A stretch of 62,952 bases of DNA, filler included, from Chrysochromulina tobinii (taxonomy: Eukaryota): assembly GCA_001275005.1 (NCBI GenBank). It is 4 parts of 4 records of this genome, joined end to end, with 100 filler letters (N's around TTAATTAATTAA, not from the genome) between each part and the next. Parts side by side here need not be neighbours in the genome. Positions count along the whole stretch, not along the records: positions 20,966 to 49,921 come from JWZX01001367.1; 3 more parts are not named here. The stretch is one strand, 5' to 3'. The first letter of the stretch is position 1, and the number at the start of each line of letters is the position of its first letter. The notes beneath the pieces were generated by a model. It had not been told where the DNA came from. It ran no database searches and saw nothing but the letters and a program-made list of their open reading frames with translations. The translations under genes and the position numbers were made by a program. This document shows, one piece after another, positions 20,966 through 34,600 of this stretch.

Positions 20966-21608
20966 CTTGTGCAAATCCGCTGCTCAGATCAAGCAGCTCG
21001 ACGTGCTCGTTTGGGCAGTCAAGCAAGGTTGCGAATGCGACGTAACGGTCTGCCAAGCGGCAGCTGCCGCTGGCGATCTGACCATATTGGAATGGCTCTG
21101 GACGCATAATGCGCCGATGGACACGCATAGTGCAACGCTCGCACTGTGGGCTGGGCACAGGGACGCCTTCAATTATCTCACGGGCGGCCCAATGCTCAAT
21201 TATCTCCTGTGCGGCCAAAGCGTCACCGTCCCCAAAGTGAAATGGCAGGACCGTTTTATGCTTCGCATCAAGTCGGAGGCTGACATGGAGGGGCGGAGGT
21301 ATCTCGTGCACTTCCTGACGCCCTTAGGTCTAGTCATGCGGAGGTATTGCAACGAGGTTGGCATTGGCCTCGATGCGTTCCAGTTTGAGCTTGACGACGG
21401 CACCGCCAGCCGAAAGGTCGTCGACTATCATCAATTTCCGCATGACCTGCGGATCGATACGCAGCGTGCGGCGTATCCGCAGACCGAGGCAGAGTATGTA
21501 GCAGAGCTCGGAGCGACGATGACAGAAGACTGGCTCGAGCACGTGCCTACCCTTTGGGCCGTTGAAGTTGACGCTCAGCGCGATGATTCGAGCGACGAAG
21601 GCGAGTAG
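20966..21608 (+). CDS. Ankyrin-like repeat + SUMO-like (Rad60-SLD-type) domain protein, 5'-partial
   Basis: Short ankyrin-like units: AAQIKQLDVLVWAVKQGC, CQAAAAAGDLTILEWLWTHNAP. FMLRIKSEADMEGRRYLVHFLTPLGLVMRRYCNEVGIGLDAFQFELDDG follows the SUMO pattern (TPL.KLM..YC...G......F.FDG). Confidence 0.7.
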
Positions 21609-22382
21609 GCGAGGGGCGGGGAAGGGCGGGGTGCGAAGATGCGGTGAGTACTGAGTAGATCGCTTGGACCTCGGTCCGTCGGATACGCACCCCGCGTCTT
21701 CTCTGTGCAGCGCATCTCACTGTGAAAGGGATGTTGAAATTAACAAACAGCCCCAGGAGCCGGCCACGGGCCGGGCTCCAAGTCCGCTAGTAAGAAAACG
21801 ACTCCGTACACGGTACCGTGTACGTCGTACCATGAGCTTTCCCGACCTCGACTCCACCCACCGGGCGTTCTAACCATGGTTCTAACCCGGATAACCGCGC
21901 CAACCGCGCCGCGCCTGCGCACGGCACGACGCCGCCCAACCCGGCCAATTGCAATACCGCCGTCTTTCGGCACATCACACTACCTGGGACTCAGAGCCGG
22001 CCCTTGGCCAGCTCTCGGGGCTGCTTATTTTCCATAACCATCCCTTTAATTAAATGATTAATTAACATTGCACAGAGAAGACACCCACCAGCACCGCACC
22101 ACATCTCCGCGCACACCGCACTGGCCTCGCCTGGCCGGAAAGCGATGAAGTACGCTACGCAAGAACCATGACGCATTGACGCAACGCAGGAAAAGCGATT
22201 AATTGTACGGCATGAGGAACCCAGTGCAACATACGAACACATCTTTTAATTTTAAGCTTCCCGCGCCCCTGACATTCGGACAGCAGGCCTCCAGGACAGC
22301 TGGTGGCAGGAAAAACATCCCGGTGATTTTGCCCAGCCTCGAATTTGTCGCTTCGGGACGGGGGTGGAATGTAGCGGCGTGG

Positions 22383-22615
22383 GATAGCGGCACGCACATC
22401 ACCCCAGGCCACGCCCCCCCTGCAGTCGGCCTCGTAGGCTCTCTTCGTTTGCGGTCGCCCTAGGCCACGCCCAGCCCCCCTGCCGTCGGCCTCGTAGGCT
22501 CTCTTCGATATCGGCACGCACATCACCCCACATCACCCCAATCCAAGCCCCCCTCGTCGTCGGCCTCGTAGGCTCTCTTCGATAGCGGCACGCACATCAC
22601 CCAAGGCTACGCCCC
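22383..22615. repeat. Imperfect ~65-nt minisatellite (~3.5 copies) overlapping the stop codon of the giant ORF
   Basis: Recurring blocks GATAGCGGCACGCACATCACCCC and GTCGGCCTCGTAGGCTCTCTTCG. Confidence 0.85.
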
Positions 22616-25600
22616 TCGGACAAGAATCGAATCTGTTCGACGGTGGCCGTCGTCTGCGACAGCATCTGCTCCATCATCTTTTCCTTCCTGCGCTGGAGTA
22701 GCTGCTGCTCCGTTTCGAGCTCGATTTTGACCTCGTTTTCCTCCCACCTGCGCAGCGCAACCCACGAGAAGTGGAAGCGCTCTCTAATGGCCTTGTCATC
22801 GTACCAGTCATTGCCTTTGTCGTCGCGCTTGTGGGCGTACCAAAGCACACCGCCACCGTTGCCGCCGCCCGCCTCGCCCTTGGAATGCACCGCCACCGTC
22901 GTTGTATATTTTTCGACCAAGGCGTCCACGTCCTCCGCATCCCCAGTCACCTCCCAGAAGAATGGCTCGCGTAGGAAGAAGCCGAGCCATGCCTTGCGCA
23001 GTGGGCCCCGCCTGATCCACCTTTTCCAGCCCGAGCCAGAGGCACTGATACAACAAGGCACGCGCGCTTTTGCGAGGAGCTCGCCCAGCCCCCGAAACAG
23101 GTCGCCCAGCTGAAAATGGCGGCGCGCCCTGTCGCGGCCCTGATCGAGCACTCTACGTATCTCGTTGAAAAGCGTCTCGTTCTTATTCGGCTCCTTGCGC
23201 CATGCTTTGTTCATGGTGATCTGCTCCCAAAGCGCAGATTGCATGGAATGCGTCACGCGCTCCTTCCACTTTTCCTGGCATTCCTCGATGTGCACATTAT
23301 ACTCCTCGCTGATGATGGCAATGAAGATGTTGGAGAGCAGCGCGACGCCGAAGAGTATGAGGATGATCCAGAACAGCGCTCCGAGGCCGCCCGACGCCTC
23401 GACGAGCACGTTTTGGTCCATATTGCCGAAGATGGCCGCGTAACTCGCGAGGATGGCGCTGCCGAGCTCGTCGAACTGCTGCACTTCGTTGCCAAAGGCG
23501 ACGTGCGTCCCCACCCCAAGGATGCATGCAAAGAACCACGTGACGGCGATGAAGACGAGCACCTTGAACGAGAAGAGCGTCGTAAAGAAGGCATGCAGCA
23601 GAGGCCCGAGCTTAGGGATGTTCTCCGAGCGTCCGAGCAGCCGCAGCCACTGGAAGAAGAGACCGAGGGCCAGCATCGCGCGCTGCACGAGGATCAGTGT
23701 TGAGAGCGGCTGGAAGCAGCCGACGTACGCGGCGGTCTGCAAGTCGAGACCGTGCCAGCTAACCAGCGCGTGCCACCACAGGGTGCGCGCCGCGATCCAC
23801 ACGAGGAGCAGAGAGAGGCCGATCACATCGAGAAAGTTCCACACCGTTGAAAAGTACCCGACCGCTACGCCGGCCTTGCAGGCCTCGCTAAGCTCGAACG
23901 TCGCCTGTGCAAGCGTCCACGCGACAACGGTCGCCTCGCAGCCCACCATGATGCGCTCGCCCAAGTAGAGCGGCCAGTAGAGCGGCAGCAGCACCTTCAT
24001 CGCTCGGGGTATCATGGTGCCCGACGGCGGCATCTCGACGGTCAGATGCACCACGACGGCGGCGCTAAGCGGCCGGTTGTACAGTGTGTAGTCGATGAAC
24101 AGCGCGCGTGTGAGGCCATCCTCCAGCACCCCATCGTCGATTACCGCCTGCAGCGCCGCAGCGCTCTCGTTGGTCCGCGATGGGTGCAAGTCGAGCACGT
24201 AGCCCGCCGTGCCGAGAAACCAGCGGTCGCCCGGCCAGTAGCCAAAGAGATGGCGCGCCGCGTGCCCGCTCGCGTTACAGAACACACCATCCTCGCAGTG
24301 TGTGTACTCTCGCCCACTCGCGGGGCCTGCAAAGCTCGCGAGCGAACTCGGCGCGCTGCCTCCGACAAACCACTTCCGCATGATCTCGAAGACCGCGTAG
24401 AGGTACCAATCATCGTCCGCGCATGCGCCGTCGGCGGCGAGCCAGCCATCGTGGCACGCCGCGGGACCCGAGCGCACGAGGCGCAGCCGCACCGCGCCGA
24501 GCAGCTGGGTGTTGGGATCGACGTCGACGCCCTCTAGCAGGCCGGCGAAGAGCGGACCACCGTTGGGGTCAAGGAAGCCGTTCAGCCGTGCACCCTCGTT
24601 AATGCCCGAGAACTCCTCGCCGCTCACCAGCCCACCCACCTCATTCTGCAGCAGGAACGACATCGACAGGCCAGAGCCCGAGGCGCGGCCCGGCCACGAG
24701 CCCACCCCTGTGGTGTGCAGGGCGACGGCGGTGAGCAGGATCAGGTAGATCAAGAAGCCAAACGCCTGCCTGGCCTCGTGCGCCCAGAGGAAGGAGCGCC
24801 GGTAGCGCATCGTCGAGTCCTGTTCGTTCATCAGGCCGAGAAAGCGCTCGGCGAGGAGCAGCGCCCTGCCGGCGTTCCTCTTCGACTTCTCGGACAGCGA
24901 CTCGATCAGCGAGGACTGCTGGCCTCCCGATCTGCTGCCGTGAACTCGAGCCCCGACGCGTTGCCGCAGCCAGCCCAGCCGCCGCGCGTGGACCTCGACG
25001 GCGGCTGGATCGCTTGCCTCTTTTGAAGAGACAGCGGCGGGGCGGGCGTCCGCTTTCTTTAGGGCGCCCGACGAGAGATTAGGGCGCACGACGCGCTCGT
25101 AGTGGTGGCGGAGCAGCGCAAGCACAAAGGCGCAGGGCACGCGTTTCTCGTCCTTGATGATCGGGACCGGGAATGCGCCATACTCGACGAGCAGCTCGGC
25201 GACGCGAAGGTGGCCGTTACTCACGGCGAGGGCGAGGGGCGTCCAGCCCTGCTCATCGGTCGCATTGAGCAGATCGCTCTCGCTATGCTCGTGCCCGTTG
25301 CCAGTGAGGAAGCCTTCAAGCCGCAGCATACCAACATGGCCAAAGGCCGCGGCGTAGTGCAGCGGCAGGCGGCCGTGATTGTCGGCCTCGTGGAGGAGCC
25401 CCCAGCCGACGGCTTCGCCGTTCGCCGACTTGAGCGCGAGCACCTGTTTAGTCATCTCGACCATCTGGCTGCTCGCCTGCGCATACTCGATGCCGTCGCC
25501 GCGCGGGAGCAGCGTGCGACAAACGTCGTGCAGTAGGGTGCGCCCCTCACGGTCGCGCAACGATGTGAGCATCCCACACGTGCCCGCAATCTTGTGGCAC

Positions 25601-28600
25601 GGCTGATTGGCCGTTGTGCCGAGGGCGAGCTTCCGGTACGCCAGGAGCGCAGTGACCACCGACGGCATGCCGCGCACGGCGGCTACCCGAAGCGCCTCGG
25701 CCGCCCCAGCCCTGTCAGCGACTCCTCCTTTGTCGAAGGCGCCTTCGACGGCCGAAAGGCCGACCGCGTCGGGCCACTCGGGCACCGTGAGCTTTGTGTC
25801 GACTGGCGGGACGTGGAGACCCCCCTTGGCCAGCTCGTCGCACGCGGCGGCATTGAGCGTCATTGAGAATGCCATCGCGCCTTCTCCATCGGTCCCCAGC
25901 TTGCCCGCCGCGTCGATCTCGAACGAGGGCCCGGCATTGAGCCGTCTGGCGAGCACCAACGCTGCTGTCTGGTGCCCCTCGTGTAGTGCTGCGAGGAGCA
26001 CCGTGCGGTTGGGCACTGTCGGCTGCCCATCCGGCTGGGCACTGCCGGTGCCCACGATCGGCGGTGCCACGGCATTCCACGCGAACGTCGAGAGAAGATC
26101 CTTATAGAGCTGCGTATTAGGGACTGGCAGCGCTGCCGACCAGAGGTCCTCACGCAGGGTCACATTAAGCGTCACATGCCGTAGCTTGTTGTCCGCAGAG
26201 TACAGGAAGGCCGCAGGATCCGGACGCGCCTTCTGTGATGGTTGGTCCGGATGGTTGATCGATGGGAGGAAGCGTGAGTCGCCCCACCACGAACTGTCCT
26301 GCGCAGCCTTCACGTCGGCTTCGGGGGCGTGCAAGTCGGCTTCGAGCTTCGCCTGATGAGGCTCGCTCGCCTCCGCGAGTTTCGTTTTCTTCTCCGCTGT
26401 GTCCAGGTTTGCGAGACGGCCCTGCTGGGCTCTTAATGTGACGGACCGCATGCCGAAGCCCGCTCCGCTGCCAACCATACGTTCGAGGGTGGAGAGGTTG
26501 GCTGTCTCCACGTCAGGCAGCAGCACAACCTCGAGAAGCGCGCACTGAGCGTCCTGGTCTGACACGTACGACTTGCGCCCGCGCACGCCACGCGCCTTCT
26601 CGGCGCTGCCGTACGCGTTCCGATCGTCGATGAGCAGCCCAGCGAGCTCGTAGCGGGGCCGCGCGAGCTCGCGCCGCCATGCCTCTTTAGCCCCCCGCTC
26701 GTCTTGCGCCTCGTGCACGGCCTCTTTCGCCGCTTTCTCGGCGGCCTTCTGCTGCACTTTGTCACACCGGCGATCATCATCCTTGGTGTCATCCTTTTGC
26801 ACCGGCATGAGCGATCGCACGCAAAAGGAGAGCGGCCCTCTGAAGAAGCGCTTGCAATGCGTTTGGCCGTCGACGAGAAGAAGCGAGCCAAAGTCGAGTA
26901 AGCACTCGGCCTCCTCCTTGGCGGCGGTCACGGCAGCCTTGAGGCTGAAGAGCAGCTTTGCACGAGTGTGCAGGTCCACTGCGTCCTCGTGCACCACCAG
27001 GCTGGACAGCGACGAGTTCTCGTTCTTCTTCAGCACCTCTGCGAGGGCGCCGAGCCCTTCGGCATCGATGCTGTTGCCGTGGCCGAGGACAAGACGCGTG
27101 AGGGTATCATTGTGCGAAAGCGCCTCCGCGAGCGACGTCACACCCTTCGTACGCAGCCCCGTCTCAGAGAGCGAGAGGACTCGCAAATGGCTGTTGCTCG
27201 AAAGCGCGTCGGCGAGGTGCTCGGCGCCCCCAGGCCCGAGCCCGTTCTTGTCGAGGTAGAGCTCCTCCAGCGGCAGCCGCGCGAGCGCGTTGCCGATCGC
27301 CTGCACACCTGTCGCTGAGATCGAGTTGCGCGCGAGCCGCAGTACGCGAAGCCCCGTGGGCCCGTTGACGGTTGGTGCTGAGATGTTGCTACAGAGCGCG
27401 GCGATGCCCTCGTTACCGACATTGTTATCGGATACGTCGAGCTCTTCGAGCGCATGATTGTTCATTGATCGCAGCGCCACCGCGAGTGTGGCGATGCCCT
27501 CCGCGCCCAAGGTGTTGTTGCTCAGGTCGAGCCGCTCCAGCTGAGTCTGCGACTCGATACGCTGCGCGAGTGTCTCAATGCTCACAGCGCGCAGCAAGGA
27601 ACGCTTGCACACGATGCTCGAGACCACAACGGCAGGTGGTCGCCCTTCCACAACGGCAGGTGGTTGCCCTTCCAGCACATCAAAGATCGCTGCGATCGTG
27701 AGCGGCTCGCTCAGATTGAGCTCGCTCAGATTGAGCAGCGAGCAGCCCGTGATGAAGGGGCGGTACAGCGCTTCGCCGAGTTCTGTGGGCTTGCCCTCGG
27801 CCCATAGCACGCCGGTGTGCTTGGCCTCTTCCATGGCACTTCTTGCAAGTTCCAATCTCCCCCCCTCCTCCCTACTCTGCTTCGTGAGCTCACCCGCAGC
27901 CGCCAGCACATCGCTGCGCGTCTTGTGGTTTCGCCGCGCTTCTCGTGGCGTCGCCGCACTTCTTGGAGCGTCGACGCTCGCCGCAGCACTCAAAACCGGG
28001 TTGAACCCTGAGGGCGCGTGGTTGAACTTGCCGCCATCGCCAAAGTTGACGGTTACACACATGTTCGCGTGCAGAGAGATGGCGGGCATCACGCCATTGA
28101 GCAGGAGGTTGTCGCGGATTCTTGTCGTATGCACCATTTTGCCGTTGTAGTAGTAGTCAAGGTGGCCGGTGGCGTCGGGCTGGATGGTGATCGCGCAGCC
28201 TACGACGCCGCCCGTGGCCCATTTTGCATTGTCCTCGTGCCATGGGATGGGCGGTGAGGGCGACGCATCGGCAGACTTGAAGAGGGCGTACTGGTGCAGC
28301 CTATCGTCCGCCTCACCCTCGTCGCCGCCCTTGGCCGCCTTCCCGCCATCCTTGTCGAGGTTGGCGCCGGCGAAGCCCCACGAGATCCGCTCGTCGCCCA
28401 CGCCAACCATCTGCGAGTAGTCCCCTCTGAAGCGCGAGGTCGCCCACCCGAATGCTGCCGGTCCGCCCTCCTGCACCACCTTCTGACCAGGCTTGTCGTC
28501 GCTCTCGACGTACTCGCGCGCCTCTAAGTCGAAGACGTCGGAGGCGGTACCCGCGCCGCCGAGACGCTCGATCTTCACCTCGTAATACAGCTTGCGAGGC

Positions 28601-31600
28601 ACCTGGCTTGGCGGGTACGCAGTGAGACCCGGCGCTGTGAGCGAACCGAGAAAGGCCGTGCAGTGGACTTTGTACGTGTCGTCGAAGAAGAGAGTGTTGT
28701 GGCCGCTCGTGGGCAGCAGGCGCTTCGTCATCCGATCGATCGACGTTTCGAGCATCGGCGTCGCGACGCTTGCGCCCTTTGTGATCGCGAGGAGGTTGCC
28801 GATTGGCCGGTACTCAGCGAGCTCGGGCGGCAGCTTGGCCGCCTGCAGCAGCTCGCAGTCGTAGAGTCGTACGATCGGCTGGTAGCAGTACAACGTGAGC
28901 GAGGGGATGAGGCCGCCCGCAAAGGCCACACCCTCATACGCGACATTCACGTACAGCTCCCCATTCTTGTCCTTAATTACGTAGCGGATCGTGCCGCGAT
29001 CAACGTCTATGGCGCAGCCGATTAGCCCAGTGGAGAGGCCCTTGAACTTGTCGTCCCACTTGACGCGCTTGCCCGCGTGCCGGAGCAGGCCGGTGCGCCG
29101 TCGGAAGCCACCCACTTCGAGAGCCCACGAGTGCTTGTCGTCGCCCAGCCCTTGGTCGCCACTGGCCGGCTTGAAGAGCGTGTCGTGGCACCCAATCTGC
29201 ATGTAGCCGAACGGATTGGTTCCCAGGTCGACCTCGAAAAACCACTTGCCGTGCGTCAGCAGCACACCGTCGAGCGAGACCGTCGGATCGCGCCAACAGT
29301 TCGGGACGCGCTTCAAGCTCCACTCGTTTCCGCTCGGCTCGATCTTGACGGCCCTCCGATTGAATAAGGCGCGCATCTTGCCCGGAGCGTTGCTCATACG
29401 GAGATGCTGGAGCGTGCGCTGCTCCAGCACGAACGCGTAGACCGCCTTCACACCGGCCATGTTCGGCGGATACCGAAACGGCGACTCGCCGAGGTTGAAG
29501 AATCCGAGGAAGCCGCAGTCAATGGTGAGGGCGGGGCACAGGCCAATCTGGCCCCGCACGTCCAAAAAGGAGGCGACTCCGCCCTGCAGCTCGAGGCCGT
29601 TGCGGTAGAATCGCAGCTCTGCCTGCTTGCAGTCGATCAGGCAGCCAACCACGTCGCCATCCTGCCATAGATCCCCTGACGAGATCGGCGTGTTCTGGTT
29701 GGCGTGACGCAGTCCCTTCTCGCCCACTCCCCAAGAGAACTCGTCCGCGCCCACAGCCTTGCTCGCCGAATTGAACCGCTCTGTCACCACCCCAAAGATC
29801 GTGCCGCCCGACGCCGACGTCCGATGGACGTTCAGCTCCATGTACCACCTGCCGCTGCTCGGCCGAAGCAAGCAGCCGCGCGGGCAGACAGTGACAAACG
29901 AGCCCGAGCGCGTCCAGAGCAGGTTGGAAGCGTACAGCTCGAGCTGCGTGCCCGCCACCATTGAGAGCTCACCAGCCGTCTCTGGAGTCACGGCGATCAG
30001 GTGCGCCGACAGCCCAGCCGGGGTGGCTTCGGCGGTGGCCGGCGTCAAGACGCTTGAGTCGGCCCTCTCGACGGCGCTCCGCTCGCCACGCATACGCGCC
30101 TCGCGGACGACGGGTTTCCTGCTCGCGCTCGCCGTCGCGTCGTCCTTGCGCACCTCTTTGATGCGCTCCTCCAAGGTTGATTGCTTGCTGCCAAGGTTTT
30201 CCTCCTTCTTGTTGGCATTCTCCAACTCACAGAGCACGTCCCATTCAGTCGCCTTGTTGCCCAGGAGCGCATGCAGGTCCGTATTCAAGATGTCCGCTTG
30301 CGACGTGTCACGCCGCCGCCCCTTGTGCAGCTCCCAGAAGACCTTCGCGACATCCGAAGCCGTGAAGCCCAGCGACTTGAGGCTGGCGAGCAGCGCAAGG
30401 AGTTCTGACGACGCGAAGATGAACTCTGAATTCCAGAAGCGCAGTCGCACAAAGGTGGCGGTCAGCAGGAACCTCTCCTTGGCCGAAGTTTTCTCGCGCA
30501 TGCTGCCGAAGTGCATGAGAAGCCTCTCTGGATCCTGGCTCTCGTCGTCCTTATCTAAATTATCTAAAAGGTACTGCTCGCTGATGAGCCGGTTGCCGAG
30601 GTCCACCGTGACCGCCTCGTCCTTCTGCTCCTTCGGCACCTTCTGCTCCTCCTGCTCCTCCGTCGAGCCGCCGCTCGTGCCGTGGCGGGACAGCAAGACG
30701 CCTTGGAGCGAGTACATCTCGATGATCGGATCTGAGCCCTGCTTTGTTGCGGCGGCCCGGGCGTTCGAGGTGCGCGGCGCGCGCTCCGAGAGCGCATCAA
30801 GGGAGGTGCGCGGCGCGCGCTCCGAGAGCGCATCAAGGGCTCGCATGATTCCCTCCGCCTCCTCCAGAGTCACAAGCACAAGAGAGGAGCTCGTAGGCGA
30901 GTGTATCACGCGCACAAGCACCTCGATGTTGCGCACACGTCGCGTGCGACTGCCTCGGTACTCACGCGCTGCCCAGTTGGGCGAGAAGAGGAGTGACATT
31001 TCCTGAGCATTCTTCTCTGGCCACAACACGCCCTCGTGCGCCGTCTCGCCCTTCATCTTCAGCGTCTCGAAGGGTAAGAGCTTCTCGCGCAGCAGCGTTT
31101 CACGTTTCGACGCACGCAGAACGAAGATGGGGCACCATCGGAGCTGCTCGCGAATGATGTAGTCGTCGAAGTCGCCAAACTCAGTCTGCTGCTCGACTTT
31201 CTCTACCTGCTGCTGCTGCTCCTGCTCCTGCACCATCTCAGTGTTGAGGCCGCGCTCTTCCGCGCTCTTGCTGCTGCCCTTGCCTTTCGAACTTTCGAAG
31301 TCGCGCAGCTCTTTGAGAGCGTCCATCATGCGCTGAGTGATGAGGTAGTCCCCGATCTCGCTGATGGTGCGCGTGTCCGTGGCGCCCGTGCTGCTCAGGA
31401 TTGAGTCGAAGACCGCGCTCGGATCCTGTAATCGCAATAGCACACGCGAAGATACGAATTTCGCTTCGGCCGAATCAAGGTTTATGCGGGTGTGGACGCC
31501 GCCTTCGACTTGCAGTCGCTGCATGCGGTCAAAGTGTAAGGCGAGGTTGGCGTAGAGCGCGATGGTCTTGGTCACGTTCTCCGCATCGCTCGCCACAAAT

Positions 31601-34600
31601 TTGGGTTTGGGCACGATCAGTAGCGATTCGGTCACGTCCTCGCGGTGCAGCCGGACGCAGCCCCGAATGACTTCGCCACTCTCGAGCAGGCGGGTTGTGT
31701 AGATCTCTTGAGGAGGGATCTTGTTGCCGCTTCCGTTGAGCTTGGGCGTCGGCCAGCCGAGGAGATCCAGCCCGACGTGGTACACGGCCTCACGCTCCTC
31801 GCGGAGCTGCTTCGCCTCACATGCCTTGCGTTGTAACTCTTCGTTCCGCTCCTTCGCCGTCGAGATCAGACGCTGGTCGAGTGCGAGGAGCCGCTTCGCG
31901 CCGCCGTGCACGAGATCCTGGATTAGCATGAGCTCGCTTATGATCGATGCATCGTCCCGTGCCATTGCTGACACACCCTTGGCGTCTCGTTTGCCGATGC
32001 GCTCATCTCGTTTACCGATGCGCAAGTGAGTGCGCAGCATGTACCACGTCTCTTTCACCTCGTACCTGCTGTTCTCGTCGCTGCCAGCCGCATTGCTGGT
32101 GAGCGGCGATGAGAGCTTGAGGTCAAACTCCTTGAGAATGCTCTCTCGAGTCTCCTCCTCACGGTCGGCCTGCTCGTCGCCCACCGTTTCGGCCGTTGCC
32201 TTATCCTCGTTGTAGTCCAGCCGAATGCGCAGCGCGCCCTCGAAGCACGTGCCAATTTGATGCGGATCGTACCCCACCCAGCCAAACATCGCGTCGTGCG
32301 CGTACTCCTCGCCGTTCTGCTTGAGACGCCAACGCAGCATCTCGTACACGGTCGCGAACGCGCAGAATGTCTCGCTCACGTCGCACCCCTTGAACTCGAC
32401 CATGAGCCGCAGATGCTCCTCCGCATTGACCCAGGCCAGCACCGAGCGGTCGTGGTCGGTGTTGCGGAAGAGCGCGCGGTGCTTCTGCCATTCGACTTCA
32501 ATCTGCGTGTGCGCTTGCGCTTGCTCTTGCTCGTCATCATCAGTCACGACACGCGCGAGCGAACCGATGGCAGGCTGCTCGAACAAGGCGCCTGCCGCTT
32601 TCAGGTTGAGCTGCTCGTTGGCGTCGATCGAGGTCAGCTCGCGGTACACACCTTGAAAGAGCTCGGCGCAGCGCTTTGGGTCCGCAAACTCGCCGCGACC
32701 GCTGGGCTCAATGGCGGCAGCGGCAGGTGCCGCAGCGGCAGGTGCCACTCGAGATGGACGCTTCCAACGTGAACCTTCGCCCTCATCCCTCTTCGCCAGC
32801 ACTTCACTCGCCTTCGCCGCCTCTTCTTTTTTGCATAGCTTGTCCAGGTCCTGCTGGGTCTTCGTGAACGCTTTCTTGAACGTGTCCGAGATCTCCGTGA
32901 ACGCTTTCTTGAACGTGTTCGAGACATCCTGAAGGGCTTTGGGCCCACAGGCGGGCAAAAAGGGGTAGGCGCTTAGGTTCCGCGTGCACCAGAAGGAAAC
33001 AGACGCGACGTGCGTGGTGAAATTTCTTGTCTCGTCCGCTTGTGCCGCCATCTGCGCAGCCACCACAGCTTCGTCATTGAGCTGCGTGAGCTGGACCTCC
33101 TGGCGCTCGAGCTCTTTGCGTCCCTCGGACGTGATGGTGCCGTTGGTGAGCTGCGCCTGCAGCTCGCCAACACGCGCTCGCATCGCCTTCGCCTCCATCG
33201 CCTTGGCCTCCGCCTCGTCGACCGCGAGACTTGCAAGGAACATTTCCACCTCCGTCGACCACATGTCAGAGCAAGATTTGACAGTCTTGTCGAAGTAGGG
33301 ATGCAGTCGGCGCACGACGGGCAGAAATAGCTCGCGCAGGTGCTTGTACGAGGAGATGCCGCCCGCCACACACATGTCAGCATGCGGCCCGCCCTCTTTG
33401 AGGGCGGGCTTCAGGCATTGCTTGATCGTAAAGCCGCCGAGTTCAGGCTCAAAACTTTTTCTCTTGAGCGTCGCGAGTAAGTCCTTTGCCAGCGGTCTTG
33501 GCCCAAAGTACTTGCCAGAGGCATGCAAATAGTTCTCGGTCAGCAGGCTGCTGACGCCAAACGCGTCCCACTCGGCCTGCGAGAATTTGGTTCGGCCCTC
33601 CGCGAGCGCCGCAGCGAGCTTCTCACAGCTCAGCTCGACGCCGCCCTCGGGCTTGTCCTGCACGGAGAGGAGCTGCCACTCCAGCGGGCTGAGGCTGACC
33701 CTTGCAAGAGCTTTCCACATCGTGTCATCCTCATTTGTCTCCTCTTTCTTCTCGCCTGTACCGTGCTGCTTATCCTCATTCTTTGGCTGTGTGCCTCCTT
33801 TTTCTTCTCGGTTCTGTGACAGTTGGCGACAGTTGGCGACCACTTTGCTCGGCTCGGTGAAGACCGAACCGGTGAAGAGGCTCTGCATCGTCTTCTGCGG
33901 GAAATGAAACCTGGTGAAGATGTACCAGTACCAGTAAGTAGACTCGTCGTGGATGTTCTTCAGGCACTGATGGAGGTTACTCAACTCATTCTTGTCCATC
34001 CCCCCGGCTTTGCTGCCATCGGTCGGGTCGAAGATGGCGGACACGTCGTCCGCAACCACCCCCGACCAAGATAACACGTTAATTGTAGCTTTGATGATTT
34101 GCTCAGGGGTAGCGTGGCCATAATCGCGCAACGGCGCGGGTGGTGCGTAGAGGTTGCGCACCAGCACGTGAATCGCGTCCCGAGTGTTCTTGATATGCGC
34201 ATACTGGCCGTCGTCGGCTGTCCTGCTCTCTTTCTCCTCCTCCATCTTGAGCTCTGCATGGAGGGCAAGGAGCTTCACGGTCAATGTGGGCAACTCCTCG
34301 ATGAGCACCCCCGGCGCGTCGCTGTGAGAGAGCGAGAAAAGAGAGCTCGGCACGAGCGGCGCGTCGGCGGCGGCGCGACCAGCTCCACCGACTGCTGCGG
34401 CACCGCCGCCACCGCCACCATCGCCACCGTCATGAGATTCGCGCAGGAGCAGCGAGAGCGCGTGCTTGCGCAGCACGTTTTGGGCCTGCTGTATCAGCAG
34501 CTGCTTCGCCATCAGCATCTCGGCGTCGAGCGAGTTGCATATGAGCCAGCGCATGATCGCGTTCAGGTCGATCTTCAATTCGATGGGTGCTGGAGGCTTC

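Noticed and set aside
22530..22600. UIM-like peptide DVRAAIEESL after the giant gene's stop
   Set aside because: Out of frame with the ORF, and the repeat unit length is not a multiple of three.
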